Below, one piece after another: positions 19,910 through 28,209 of a DNA stretch of 64,000 nt. The notes below the pieces were generated by a model that was not told where the DNA came from, did no database searches, and was given only the letters and a program-made list of their open reading frames with translations. Origin of the DNA: Eubacteriales bacterium (GTDB lineage: Bacteria > Bacillota > Clostridia > Oscillospirales > Butyricicoccaceae); assembly GCA_030539335.1 (NCBI GenBank), contig JAUNSG010000011.1, positions 19,238 to 83,237 on the forward strand, given 5' to 3'. The translations under genes were made by a program, and so were the position numbers. The stretch's first letter is position 1; the number at the start of each line of letters is the position of its first letter.

Positions 19910-20638
19910 CTATCTCATGAGCTGCCCTCCGTTGACATCCAGTGTTTCGCCGGTAATATAACCGGCATCGTCCGAAGTCAAAAAGCAGATGGCATGGGCC
20001 ACCTCCTCGGGAGAAGCGGCACGGCCAAGCGGTATCCCGTCGGCGGGAATGCCCTCCGTACGGGACATCGGCGTATCCACAGTCCCGGGGGAGACAGCGT
20101 TGACCGTGATGCCATGCTCTGCCCCCTGAAGGGCAAAGCATTTGGTCATCGCCAACAGGCCGCCCTTGGAGGCAGCATAGTGGATGCCGGAGAAAAAGGC
20201 TCCGCGCTGTCCGGCAATGGAGGAGACATTGACAATCCTGCCGTAGTGCTGCTGTTTCATGAAGGAAAATGCATGCCGACAGCAGAAAAATGGCGCCTTC
20301 AGATTGACGGTCATCATCCAATCCCATTCCGCCTCGGTGATTTCCTCCATTGTGTGAACGTTGGAGATACCGGCGCTGTTTACCAGGACGTCCAGCCGGT
20401 GATGACGGATGGAGATGGAATCCATCATGTCCTCGATCTGGCCTGGATCGGACAGATCACAGGGAATAAATTCCCCTGAGCCGCCGCGATCATATATTTT
20501 GCAGAGAGTTTTTTTCGCGTTTTCGGTGGAACGGCCGGTAAACAGAACATAGTCGCCGCGGGAAGCCAATTCAACGGCGGTTGCCTGGCCAATGCCGCTG
20601 GTTCCGCCCGTGACCAAAGAGATTCGTTTGTTACCCAT
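19910..20638 (-). CDS. short-chain dehydrogenase/reductase (FabG-like)
   Basis: TGGTSGIG, NSAG, HYAASK, LDVNGG. Confidence 0.9.
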   Translation of the reverse strand: MGNKRISLVTGGTSGIGQATAVELASRGDYVLFTGRSTENAKKTLCKIYDRGGSGEFIPCDLSDPGQIEDMMDSISIRHHRLDVLVNSAGISNVHTMEEITEAEWDWMMTVNLKAPFFCCRHAFSFMKQQHYGRIVNVSSIAGQRGAFFSGIHYAASKGGLLAMTKCFALQGAEHGITVNAVSPGTVDTPMSRTEGIPADGIPLGRAASPEEVAHAICFLTSDDAGYITGETLDVNGGQLMR

Positions 20639-20659
20639 GGTGCGCCCTCCTTTGTGTGA

Positions 20660-21187
20660 TTAAAATTCGATTCCTTCGCGGCTGGGCTGGCCACGATCAA
20701 ATGGATGCTTTATCTTGCAGATGTGGGATACATAATCCGCGTGACGCAGCAGGGTATCGCTGGGATTTTGTCCGGTAAGGATCACTTCCAGGTGGGATGG
20801 ACGATGGATCAGACAGGAAATCAGCTCTTCTTCGGCGATCAGGCCGGAAGCCACCGCGTAGACGGATTCATCTAGGAAGAGAAGATCGTATTCCGTGGAC
20901 CGGGCAAAGAGGTCCTTCAACAGCATGCGGTAGTGTTGAATGGTTTCCTCCCGCTCCGCGGGCGTCATTTGAAAGCTGAATTTTACATTGTCCGGTCCGT
21001 TTAACCGGGTTACGTTCGGCAGATGAGAAAGGGAACGGATCTCACCGGTGGAATTATCTTTCAAAAATTGATAGATCAGCACACGTTTTCCGCGCCCGGC
21101 GGCACGGATGCACAATCCCATTCCGGCGCTGGTTTTTCCTTTCCCGTCGCCGCAGTAGATGTGAATACAGCCTTTTTGTGTTTTCAT
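20660..21187 (-). CDS. cobO: cob(I)alamin/corrinoid adenosyltransferase (CobO/BtuR type)
   Basis: IHIYCGDGKGKTSA, QFLK, LDE, EVILTG, HPFDRG...REGIEF. Confidence 0.92.
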   Translation of the reverse strand: MKTQKGCIHIYCGDGKGKTSAGMGLCIRAAGRGKRVLIYQFLKDNSTGEIRSLSHLPNVTRLNGPDNVKFSFQMTPAEREETIQHYRMLLKDLFARSTEYDLLFLDESVYAVASGLIAEEELISCLIHRPSHLEVILTGQNPSDTLLRHADYVSHICKIKHPFDRGQPSREGIEF

Positions 21188-21255
21188 AGGGAAGCCTCCT
21201 GTTATATTTGTCCATAAAATGGGGACATTTTATTGATTTTCCAGCAAAAATGGTG

Positions 21256-21274
21256 TAGTATATTAGAGTATTAA
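21256..21274. promoter_or_regulatory. degenerate operator copy between cobO and gntR (possible autoregulation)
   Basis: TAGTATATTAGAGTATTAA; one mismatch to the TAATATATTA palindrome. Confidence 0.45.
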
Positions 21275-21320
21275 AATTGTGAGGATATAGAAAAATTATA
21301 TTGTATTGAGGAGTAAAACA

Positions 21321-22004
21321 ATGGCAGAGCTGAAAAGAAAGCGAGGACAGAATCGCACGGAAGTATATAACACGCTGAAGGATTCGATTCAATATCTGGA
21401 ACTGATGCCGGGATCGATTATCCACGAAAACGAATTGATCGAGCAGCTTGGTGTCAGCCGCACCCCCATTCGGGAAGCGCTGATCCGTCTGTCCAATGAG
21501 TACATGGTAGAGGTATATCCGCAGAGAGGTACATATGTATCAGCGATTGATTTCCATCTGGCACATGAGATTGCCTATATGCGGCACATTCTGGATACCG
21601 AAGTTTGTATGACTCTATGTAAAGGCAAGGTTCCGCTTCAGGATGCAGTGGATCAGGAGCTGTATTTTATGTCGCAGTGCGTAAAGAAGCAGGATGTTGT
21701 CGGATACATCAAGCACGACAATGCGTTCCATAATGAGATTTTTCGCGTGGCCGGTCACGAGATGATTTGGGAAATTATCTCGAATTCCCGCGCCCATTAC
21801 AATCGCATGCTCACATTGGATCTCCGACGTCCCGGCGTTCTGGAAAAATCGTATCAGGAGCATCAGGACATTGTCCGTGCGATTGAGAGCGGAGATGAGA
21901 CGGCATTGATGCAGATTTTGGACCGCCATCATGACCATCAAGATATGGAACGGCGTGAGGCGGAGATCCGTGCGATGTTTCCCGACTATTTTGCAAATGA
22001 ATAA
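21321..22004 (+). CDS. GntR-family regulator (FCD domain)
   Basis: ELIEQLGVSRTPIREAL winged HTH; DNAFHNEI FCD motif. Confidence 0.95.
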   Translation: MAELKRKRGQNRTEVYNTLKDSIQYLELMPGSIIHENELIEQLGVSRTPIREALIRLSNEYMVEVYPQRGTYVSAIDFHLAHEIAYMRHILDTEVCMTLCKGKVPLQDAVDQELYFMSQCVKKQDVVGYIKHDNAFHNEIFRVAGHEMIWEIISNSRAHYNRMLTLDLRRPGVLEKSYQEHQDIVRAIESGDETALMQILDRHHDHQDMERREAEIRAMFPDYFANE

Positions 22005-22060
22005 CGGATTCTGAGCTGTGGCAATGCTGCAGCTCTTTGTTTGGAAAAGAGAAATAACGC

Positions 22061-22097
22061 TTGACATCGGAATAATAATATATTAATATATTAATAT
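22061..22097 (+). promoter_or_regulatory. sigmaA promoter with extended operator (iolB-like)
   Basis: TTGACA 22061-22066, N17, TAATAT 22084-22089; TAATATATTAATATATTAATAT (two overlapping palindromes). Confidence 0.82.
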
Positions 22098-22147
22098 CGA
22101 AATTGCAAGAGGCTTGCGAAAAAAATAAAATGTAGGAGGCGAAATCA

Positions 22148-22939
22148 ATGTATATTGATAAGGAATGTGTGCGCGGCTACAACGAGTATATCCGCTGCGA
22201 TGTCAACAACGGAGAAAACAGCTATATGGATGTCGCGTTGCTTATCATGGAGGATGGAGATACGTATTCCTTCCATGAAAAAGAGAAAGAAATGGCATGG
22301 ATCCTGTTCCAGGGCAAAGCGACTGTGGAATATGACGGCAAGACGGTAGAGATGGATCGCCCGAATCCCTTTGACTACAGCACCTACTGCCTTCATCTCG
22401 CGGCCGGCGGGTCGTGCAAGCTGACGGCACACGACCATTGTGAGTTTTATGTGCAGAAGACCTACAATGATAAGAAGTTTGAGAATCATTTGTATCTGCC
22501 GGAGGAGACCGATACCTGGCGCAGAGGCGCCGACGGGGAATGTGCCGGATGCATCAAGCGTGACGTCCGCACCAGCTTTGACTATGAGATCAATCCGCTG
22601 TCCAACATGGTTCTGGGCGAGGTGGTCAATCTTCCGGGCAAGTGGTCTTCCTACCCGCCGCACTGGCATCCGCAGCCGGAGGTTTATTTCTATCACTTTG
22701 AGAAGAAGGAGGGCTTTGGCGCAGGCTGGGTAGACGGCAAGCTGGAGGAGCTGCATCACAACGGCCTCGCCATCATCACCAAGGATACGCACTCCATGGT
22801 GATGGCGCCGGGATATGCATGCTGTTACGCATGGGGAATCCGCCATCTGCCGGACAATCCCTGGAAGAAGACCCGCATTGATGATCCGGTCCATGAGTGG
22901 CTGTATGATCCGCAGGCGGAGTTCTGGAAGGGAGAGTAA
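22148..22939 (+). CDS. IolB-like (5-deoxy-glucuronate isomerase/KduI cupin family) isomerase
   Basis: GEVVNLPGKWSSYPPHWH, EVYFY, TH..V.APGY. Confidence 0.85.
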   Translation: MYIDKECVRGYNEYIRCDVNNGENSYMDVALLIMEDGDTYSFHEKEKEMAWILFQGKATVEYDGKTVEMDRPNPFDYSTYCLHLAAGGSCKLTAHDHCEFYVQKTYNDKKFENHLYLPEETDTWRRGADGECAGCIKRDVRTSFDYEINPLSNMVLGEVVNLPGKWSSYPPHWHPQPEVYFYHFEKKEGFGAGWVDGKLEELHHNGLAIITKDTHSMVMAPGYACCYAWGIRHLPDNPWKKTRIDDPVHEWLYDPQAEFWKGE

Positions 22940-23180
22940 TCTTGCGTTGTACTTGTACAAATCCTGACTGTCCGCTGCATCCCACCAGACGGCTGTACGC
23001 CGTGCATGGAGAAAAATCTGCGGCGCCGGGATTGGACTTCGCGGAGTTGGTTTTGAAAAACAGAGATCAATAAAGTCGACAGCACGGTATAACATGAGAG
23101 AACCACCGAAAAAATAAATACACAATAGCAAAGAGAAATCCTCTGCATGGGAAGAGACGCAACCATACAGAGGATTTTCT

Positions 23181-23675
23181 TTAGTTTGGTGTAGTTTCGT
23201 CGGAGTCAGAACGATCGGATGGCAAAGCGTGTGGCGTTGGGATTGGAAGACGAAGAAAAACGGTAAAGATGGAAGATACGATACCAATGCCCAAAGCCAG
23301 CGTACCTGCAATTCCAATGGTGTGAATACCGGTGTACAATGCGAGCATGGTGGAATTTTGGATGCAATACAACATGGTTTGATAGATTCCGCCGCCCGGA
23401 ACAAGAGGAATGAGGGAGACGGCGAGAAAAATACTGACCGGAGCATGCAGCGTCCGTGCACAGCACTCGGAATACAGCGTGATACCGATAGCCGCCAGAA
23501 AGTAACATGGGATACTGCTGGAGGAAAACGGGATGCCGCTCAGCGCGTAAATTAACCAACCGAGCATTCCGCCAAAGGCGGAAAACAGGAGCTTTCGCCC
23601 GGAAATTTGAAAGATAATACCGAAGCATAGGCTCGCAAAAAAGCTCATGGTGCATTCGTAGAGTATATTAACCAT
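23181..23675 (-). CDS. ThrE-family exporter, small subunit
   Basis: FGGMLGW, IPLVPGG; coupled to the upstream ThrE-family gene. Confidence 0.85.
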   Translation of the reverse strand: MVNILYECTMSFFASLCFGIIFQISGRKLLFSAFGGMLGWLIYALSGIPFSSSSIPCYFLAAIGITLYSECCARTLHAPVSIFLAVSLIPLVPGGGIYQTMLYCIQNSTMLALYTGIHTIGIAGTLALGIGIVSSIFTVFLRLPIPTPHALPSDRSDSDETTPN

Positions 23676-24438
23676 ATAACCCTCCCAAAAGAGTCAGGAT
23701 GCTGAGAGGAAGCGCAACACCAACAGCAATTCCGGCAGCGACCAGCAGGGCTTCGGCGAATTTGCTGATTCCAGCCATCACGTCACCGGCAACCAGGTCG
23801 CGGATTGCATTGGTGATCGGCAGCCCGGGAACAAGGAACATGATAGACCCGATAATCACATTGCTATAGGTGGGGATGAATCGCAGGCGATAACAGCATA
23901 CCGCGGCAAGCGAAACCCAGGCCGCGCTGATGATATGGATAAACAATCCATTGAAGCGCAAACGCTGCATACCAGAGTGGATCAGCCAGAGAATGATACC
24001 GATCCCAAAGGCACTTACGGCTTCAAAGAGAGATCCATGAAACAGCAAGGTGAAGAAAAAGCCGATACCGCCGGTGGCAAGACAGAGGTAATGGTTCGGA
24101 AACGTACAGCTTCCCGCGATTTCCGCAATGCGGGAATCGATTTTTCGGTAGTCCATAGGAGACGAACAGATTTCACGACAGAGAGAGTTTAGCTGATCCA
24201 ATTTGCCAAGATTGGTTCCGCGGTGATGTATTCTGCGCACACGGGTGACCGGCTGTGCCCCATCCCGCACAAAGGAAGTGATGATTGCCGTCGGTACCGC
24301 ATAGACATTCGCTTCCGTTGCACCGTAAGCAAAGCAGATGCGGGAGATGGATTCCTCTACTCGGTAGATTTCCGCTCCGTTTTCCAACAGAGCGGCGCCG
24401 ATGTTTACGGAGACCGTAATTAACTCAGAAGATGTCAT
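23668..24438 (-). CDS. ThrE-family threonine/serine exporter
   Basis: LLENGAEIYRVEESI, LVPGLPITNAIRDLVAGD; start MTSSE at 24438. Confidence 0.9.
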   Translation of the reverse strand: MTSSELITVSVNIGAALLENGAEIYRVEESISRICFAYGATEANVYAVPTAIITSFVRDGAQPVTRVRRIHHRGTNLGKLDQLNSLCREICSSPMDYRKIDSRIAEIAGSCTFPNHYLCLATGGIGFFFTLLFHGSLFEAVSAFGIGIILWLIHSGMQRLRFNGLFIHIISAAWVSLAAVCCYRLRFIPTYSNVIIGSIMFLVPGLPITNAIRDLVAGDVMAGISKFAEALLVAAGIAVGVALPLSILTLLGGLYG

Positions 24439-24590
24439 GATAAATCGTCGTCCTTTGGTTCGGAAAGAGTAATACAGTAGTATCATGAATGCCGGAGATT
24501 GTCAAGGTATTCCGTTGGAAAAGACAATTTGAGACAGGAAGAGAACAAAAATACAGACATACAAAAATAGGGAAAATTCCCCAATACTCC

Positions 24591-24624
24591 TTGACAAAAT
24601 GAGTGATATATATTAATATATTAG
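24591..24624 (+). promoter_or_regulatory. sigmaA promoter with operator (SSS symporter)
   Basis: TTGACA 24591-24596, N17, TAATAT 24614-24619; ATATATTAATATATTAG. Confidence 0.82.
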
Positions 24625-24756
24625 AGGATTACATGAGCTGCTGCAAACAGTGTTACATCGTACAACGAGAAAGGGTGTATGAGAAGGGAGCTTGAGGAGG
24701 TGTTGGCCCAGATCGGATAGAAAAAGAAGTAGAAACAGAAACGGAAGGAGAAAATA

Positions 24757-26496
24757 ATGAATTTTTTTAGTTCAATGGGATTCACGGCGGTATCGTTTCT
24801 TGCGTTTACCGTATTAGTTGCTGTAATTGCCTACTTTTACAGCAGAAATCGGGATATGAGCTCAGAGAGCGGATATTATCTGGCGGGCAGATCGCTGCCG
24901 GGTATTGTCATTGCCGGTTCGCTTATTATGACCGATTTATCGGCATCACAGCTGATTGGCAACAATGGACAATCGGTACAAGTCGGAATGGGCGTATTTG
25001 CGGCACAGGGATTTGGATTCTCTGGTATGATTCTGGTTGCACTGCTATTGGTTCCAAAATATTTGCAATCAGGAATCAGCACGATGCCGGAGTTTTATGA
25101 GCTTCGCTATGACAAATTCACCCGCAATTTGACCAGCATTATCATGATGATAAGTTATATTGTCGTTTTTCTGCCAAGCACCTTATATGCCGGCGCACAG
25201 GTATTCATCACGATTTTCAATGTAGATGGCATGCTGGGGATCTCTTACACAATGGCGATGACTATCATTTGTGTGATTATTGCGATCATCGGATTCTGTT
25301 ACGCGTTCTTTGGTGGTCTGAAGGCAATTGCAATGTCGGATACGATCAACGGCTTGGGAATGCTGGTTGGAGGCATTATAATAACGATTGCGGGAATGAT
25401 ATACCTGTCGAGTATATTAGGAGGAGACGGGTCGTTCCTAGACGGTTTGGATAAGTTCCTTCATACAGATCCTGCGATGATGAATATTATTAATGAAGCG
25501 GATTCCAACGAGCCGTGGTGGCCATGGCCGGTTATTTTAACCGGATTGACGGTAAATAACGTGTATTTCTGGGGCTGCGATCAGGCTATTGTCCAGCGCG
25601 CATTTGGAGCCAAGAGTATGGCCCATGCACAGAAGGGCATGATTTATGCCGGACTGTTGACATTGATCACCCCGTTTTTCCTGGTATTGCCGGGCATTAT
25701 TGCAAAATTTGTATTCACGGATATGGATTGGGCAACGAGTGGCGACCTTGCTTTCCCGATGCTGATTAATGCCGTACTGCCAAGGCCGGTTCTGGGATTC
25801 TTTGCAGCGTGTGTATTTGGCGCAATTATATCGACCTTCAATTCGTATTTGAACTCCGCATCTTCTATTTTTGCGATCAATATTTACAGCGATATTATTC
25901 ATCCGGAGGCGGATGAAAAGACCGTTGTTAAGTATGGCAGACTGTTTAGCGTCGTAGTTGCTGTCTGCGCGACCGCTATTGCGCCTTTCTTGGCGAATGT
26001 CAATGGTATTTTTTCATGGATGAATATGGCATTAGGTCTGTTTAATACACCAATTCTGATCATCACCTTGTTTGCGATCTTCTCAAAAAGAGCGCCTAGA
26101 TATCTGGGCAAGATTATCATTCCGATACATATTGTGATATATTTGCTGCTAAACTATCTGCTGCCGCATGTGATTCCGTTCTTTGGAACCATTCACTATA
26201 TGTATTACACGTTCGTACTATTTATTTTCGATGTCATTGTTTCGTTGATTGTCACGAAGATGAATCCGCTGGAGGAGGAGTACACGCTGCCAAACAACCC
26301 GCCGAAGGATATGGATCTGTCTCCATGGAAGTATCGAATTCATGCGTCGGTTGCGACACTGGCAATCGTGGCGATTATTTACGTTATATTCTCTCCGCTC
26401 GGATTCGGCAAGTGCGACGAGACGACCTGGGAGAGATACCAGAACAGCATGGACCGTTCTGCGGTTACCTGTGTCGTTGACCAGAGCGTACTATAA
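24757..26496 (+). CDS. sodium:solute symporter (YidK/SGLT-like)
   Basis: YYLAGRSL, STMPEFYELRY, YFWGCDQAIVQR, STFNSYLNS. Confidence 0.93.
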   Translation: MNFFSSMGFTAVSFLAFTVLVAVIAYFYSRNRDMSSESGYYLAGRSLPGIVIAGSLIMTDLSASQLIGNNGQSVQVGMGVFAAQGFGFSGMILVALLLVPKYLQSGISTMPEFYELRYDKFTRNLTSIIMMISYIVVFLPSTLYAGAQVFITIFNVDGMLGISYTMAMTIICVIIAIIGFCYAFFGGLKAIAMSDTINGLGMLVGGIIITIAGMIYLSSILGGDGSFLDGLDKFLHTDPAMMNIINEADSNEPWWPWPVILTGLTVNNVYFWGCDQAIVQRAFGAKSMAHAQKGMIYAGLLTLITPFFLVLPGIIAKFVFTDMDWATSGDLAFPMLINAVLPRPVLGFFAACVFGAIISTFNSYLNSASSIFAINIYSDIIHPEADEKTVVKYGRLFSVVVAVCATAIAPFLANVNGIFSWMNMALGLFNTPILIITLFAIFSKRAPRYLGKIIIPIHIVIYLLLNYLLPHVIPFFGTIHYMYYTFVLFIFDVIVSLIVTKMNPLEEEYTLPNNPPKDMDLSPWKYRIHASVATLAIVAIIYVIFSPLGFGKCDETTWERYQNSMDRSAVTCVVDQSVL

Positions 26497-26617
26497 TACG
26501 ACAATCCATTCGCAGCAGCATTCGCGAAGCACTAAGCTGTACCCGATATCTTCGGTACGGCTTGGTGCGCTGTTGGGGAATCCTAGCTGCTGTGTTGTGA
26601 AACGATGGAAACAGGGC

Positions 26618-26651
26618 TTGACAAGGAAAGATAAATATATTAATATATTAG
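26618..26651 (+). promoter_or_regulatory. sigmaA promoter with operator ([2Fe-2S] gene)
   Basis: TTGACA 26618-26623, N17, TAATAT 26641-26646; ATATATTAATATATTAG. Confidence 0.82.
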
Positions 26652-26695
26652 TTGGGAGTAAGAACTCACCGGATGAAATTATGGACGGAGGTGGC

Positions 26696-26986
26696 ATGAT
26701 GAAAATGCACGAGTATGTTGGTATCAAAAAGATGCCGAGAGGGAAGATGGTAATGTTTGAGTTCAATGGAAACCGGCTGTTTGGGCACGAAGGGGAACCG
26801 ATCTGTGTGACACTGGTTACGGAGGAACGGATTCATTCCTGTTTGAAGGATCGACCGTGCAATTCGTTCTGCAAAGTGGGAGATTGCAGAAAGTGTGCCA
26901 TGCTGGTGGATGGAGAGGTGCAGCACTATACTTGTTTGAAGCCAATCCGGGAGGGAATGGTTGTGAAGACGATGTGCAGTTGCTAG
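26696..26986 (+). CDS. small [2Fe-2S] protein (HcnA / sarcosine oxidase alpha N-terminal type)
   Basis: 96 aa from ATG 26696 after GGAGGT; FEFNG..GHEGEPI, FCKVGDCRKC..VDG..TCLKPIREGM. Confidence 0.75.
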   Translation: MMKMHEYVGIKKMPRGKMVMFEFNGNRLFGHEGEPICVTLVTEERIHSCLKDRPCNSFCKVGDCRKCAMLVDGEVQHYTCLKPIREGMVVKTMCSC

Positions 26987-27116
26987 TGTGCTGCAAATGT
27001 AAAATGCCAAACCACTTTTCTTTCTTCATTGCCGCGCTGTCCGTCCTTGGGCAGTGCGGCAGATTTTATCTTGGGACCATTGACAGGGAGCGGGAGGGCG
27101 CCGAAAGCCAACGCCA

Positions 27117-27149
27117 AAAGAGCTGCCGACGTGTGTCAGCAGCTCTTTG
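27117..27149. terminator. bidirectional terminator
   Basis: AAAGAGCTGCCGAC/GTCAGCAGCTCTTT. Confidence 0.7.
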
Positions 27150-27178
27150 AACGAACAGTCGGAGCAACGAGACCGGCG

Positions 27179-28132
27179 TTATGCCCCGGTCCCTCCGACG
27201 TTTACACGCAGACCGGAACGTTCCCAATACTCCTTGGCCTTCTGAATGGCCTCGTCCGTCGGAGGTTCCATCGTTTCACAGGAATAATCTCGATAGAGCG
27301 CAGACCACTTGTTGGAGCCCATCTGGTGGAAGGGAAGAATATGAATATCCTCAATGGAATTGTCTGCTGCAATGCGGGCGATCGTTTCGAGCATTGCGTC
27401 ACCGGTATTGACACCGGGGATCATTGGATATCGTAAAATCACGCGCGTCCCTTTGCGCCGCAAGCTTTCCAGATTGCAGAGGATCGGTTGGAATTGCTGG
27501 CCGGTTTGCGGAACGCTTGCACGGTCATCCGGAACCTTGATATCAAAAAGAACCAGATTGACATGATCCGTCACCTGGGTAAAACGTTCCGGCGCACAAA
27601 AGCCGCAGGTCTCAATCGCAGTGTGGATACCGGCGACCTGTAAACGGCGGAGCAGTTCCGAGGCAAAGGGGGCATACGTGGTACATTCGCCGCCGCTTAA
27701 TGTGACGCCTCCGCCGCTTTTTTCATAAAATACCTGATCGCGGATTGCGATGTCAAAGACTTCGTCCACGGACATCAGCGCGCCGGATACCTTCAGTGCG
27801 CCGGGATAGCAGGCTTCCGCACACTGTCCGCACCGTTTGCATTTTGTGACGTCGATGGAAATGCCTGCCTCGCCGACGGAAAGTGCGCCGTTTTTGCAGG
27901 TGCGGATGCAGTTTCCGCAGCCGATGCAATTGTCCTTGAAGTACATCAATTCCGGGGCCTGGCGCCAGGTCTCAGGGTTCTGGCACCAGCGGCAGCGGAG
28001 AGGACAACCTTTGAAAAAAACCATGGTGCGGATTCCGGGACCATCGTGAACCGTAAAGCGTTGAATATCAGTGACAACCGCCAGACGACCGTCTTTGATC
28101 TGTTCCCGTTGGGTCTGGTAAGTGTTCATCAT
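27179..28132 (-). CDS. glycyl-radical enzyme activating enzyme (radical SAM with ferredoxin insertion)
   Basis: QRFTVHDGPGIRT, CPLRCRWCQNPE, two CxxCxxCxxxC motifs, GGVTLSGGE; ATG at 28132 after GAGGTGA. Confidence 0.95.
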   Translation of the reverse strand: MMNTYQTQREQIKDGRLAVVTDIQRFTVHDGPGIRTMVFFKGCPLRCRWCQNPETWRQAPELMYFKDNCIGCGNCIRTCKNGALSVGEAGISIDVTKCKRCGQCAEACYPGALKVSGALMSVDEVFDIAIRDQVFYEKSGGGVTLSGGECTTYAPFASELLRRLQVAGIHTAIETCGFCAPERFTQVTDHVNLVLFDIKVPDDRASVPQTGQQFQPILCNLESLRRKGTRVILRYPMIPGVNTGDAMLETIARIAADNSIEDIHILPFHQMGSNKWSALYRDYSCETMEPPTDEAIQKAKEYWERSGLRVNVGGTGA

Positions 28133-28155
28133 ATGTAGGATCACCTCTTAGAATT

Positions 28156-28186
28156 ATGGGCTGTGTGCGAACAGCACACAGCCCAT
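28156..28186. other. perfect 13-bp hairpin between GRE and activase
   Basis: ATGGGCTGTGTGC-GAACA-GCACACAGCCCAT. Confidence 0.7.
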
Positions 28187-28209
28187 GGTTCGGTTTTCTG
28201 TGTTCAGCA

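Noticed and set aside
23657-23670. GAGTATATTAA resembling the operator
   Set aside because: Two mismatches, inside coding sequence at the ThrE gene junction, with no promoter.
24633-24720. Tiny ORFs in the SSS leader (MSCCKQCY..., MRRELEEVLAQIG)
   Set aside because: Too short and unsupported; no conservation data available.
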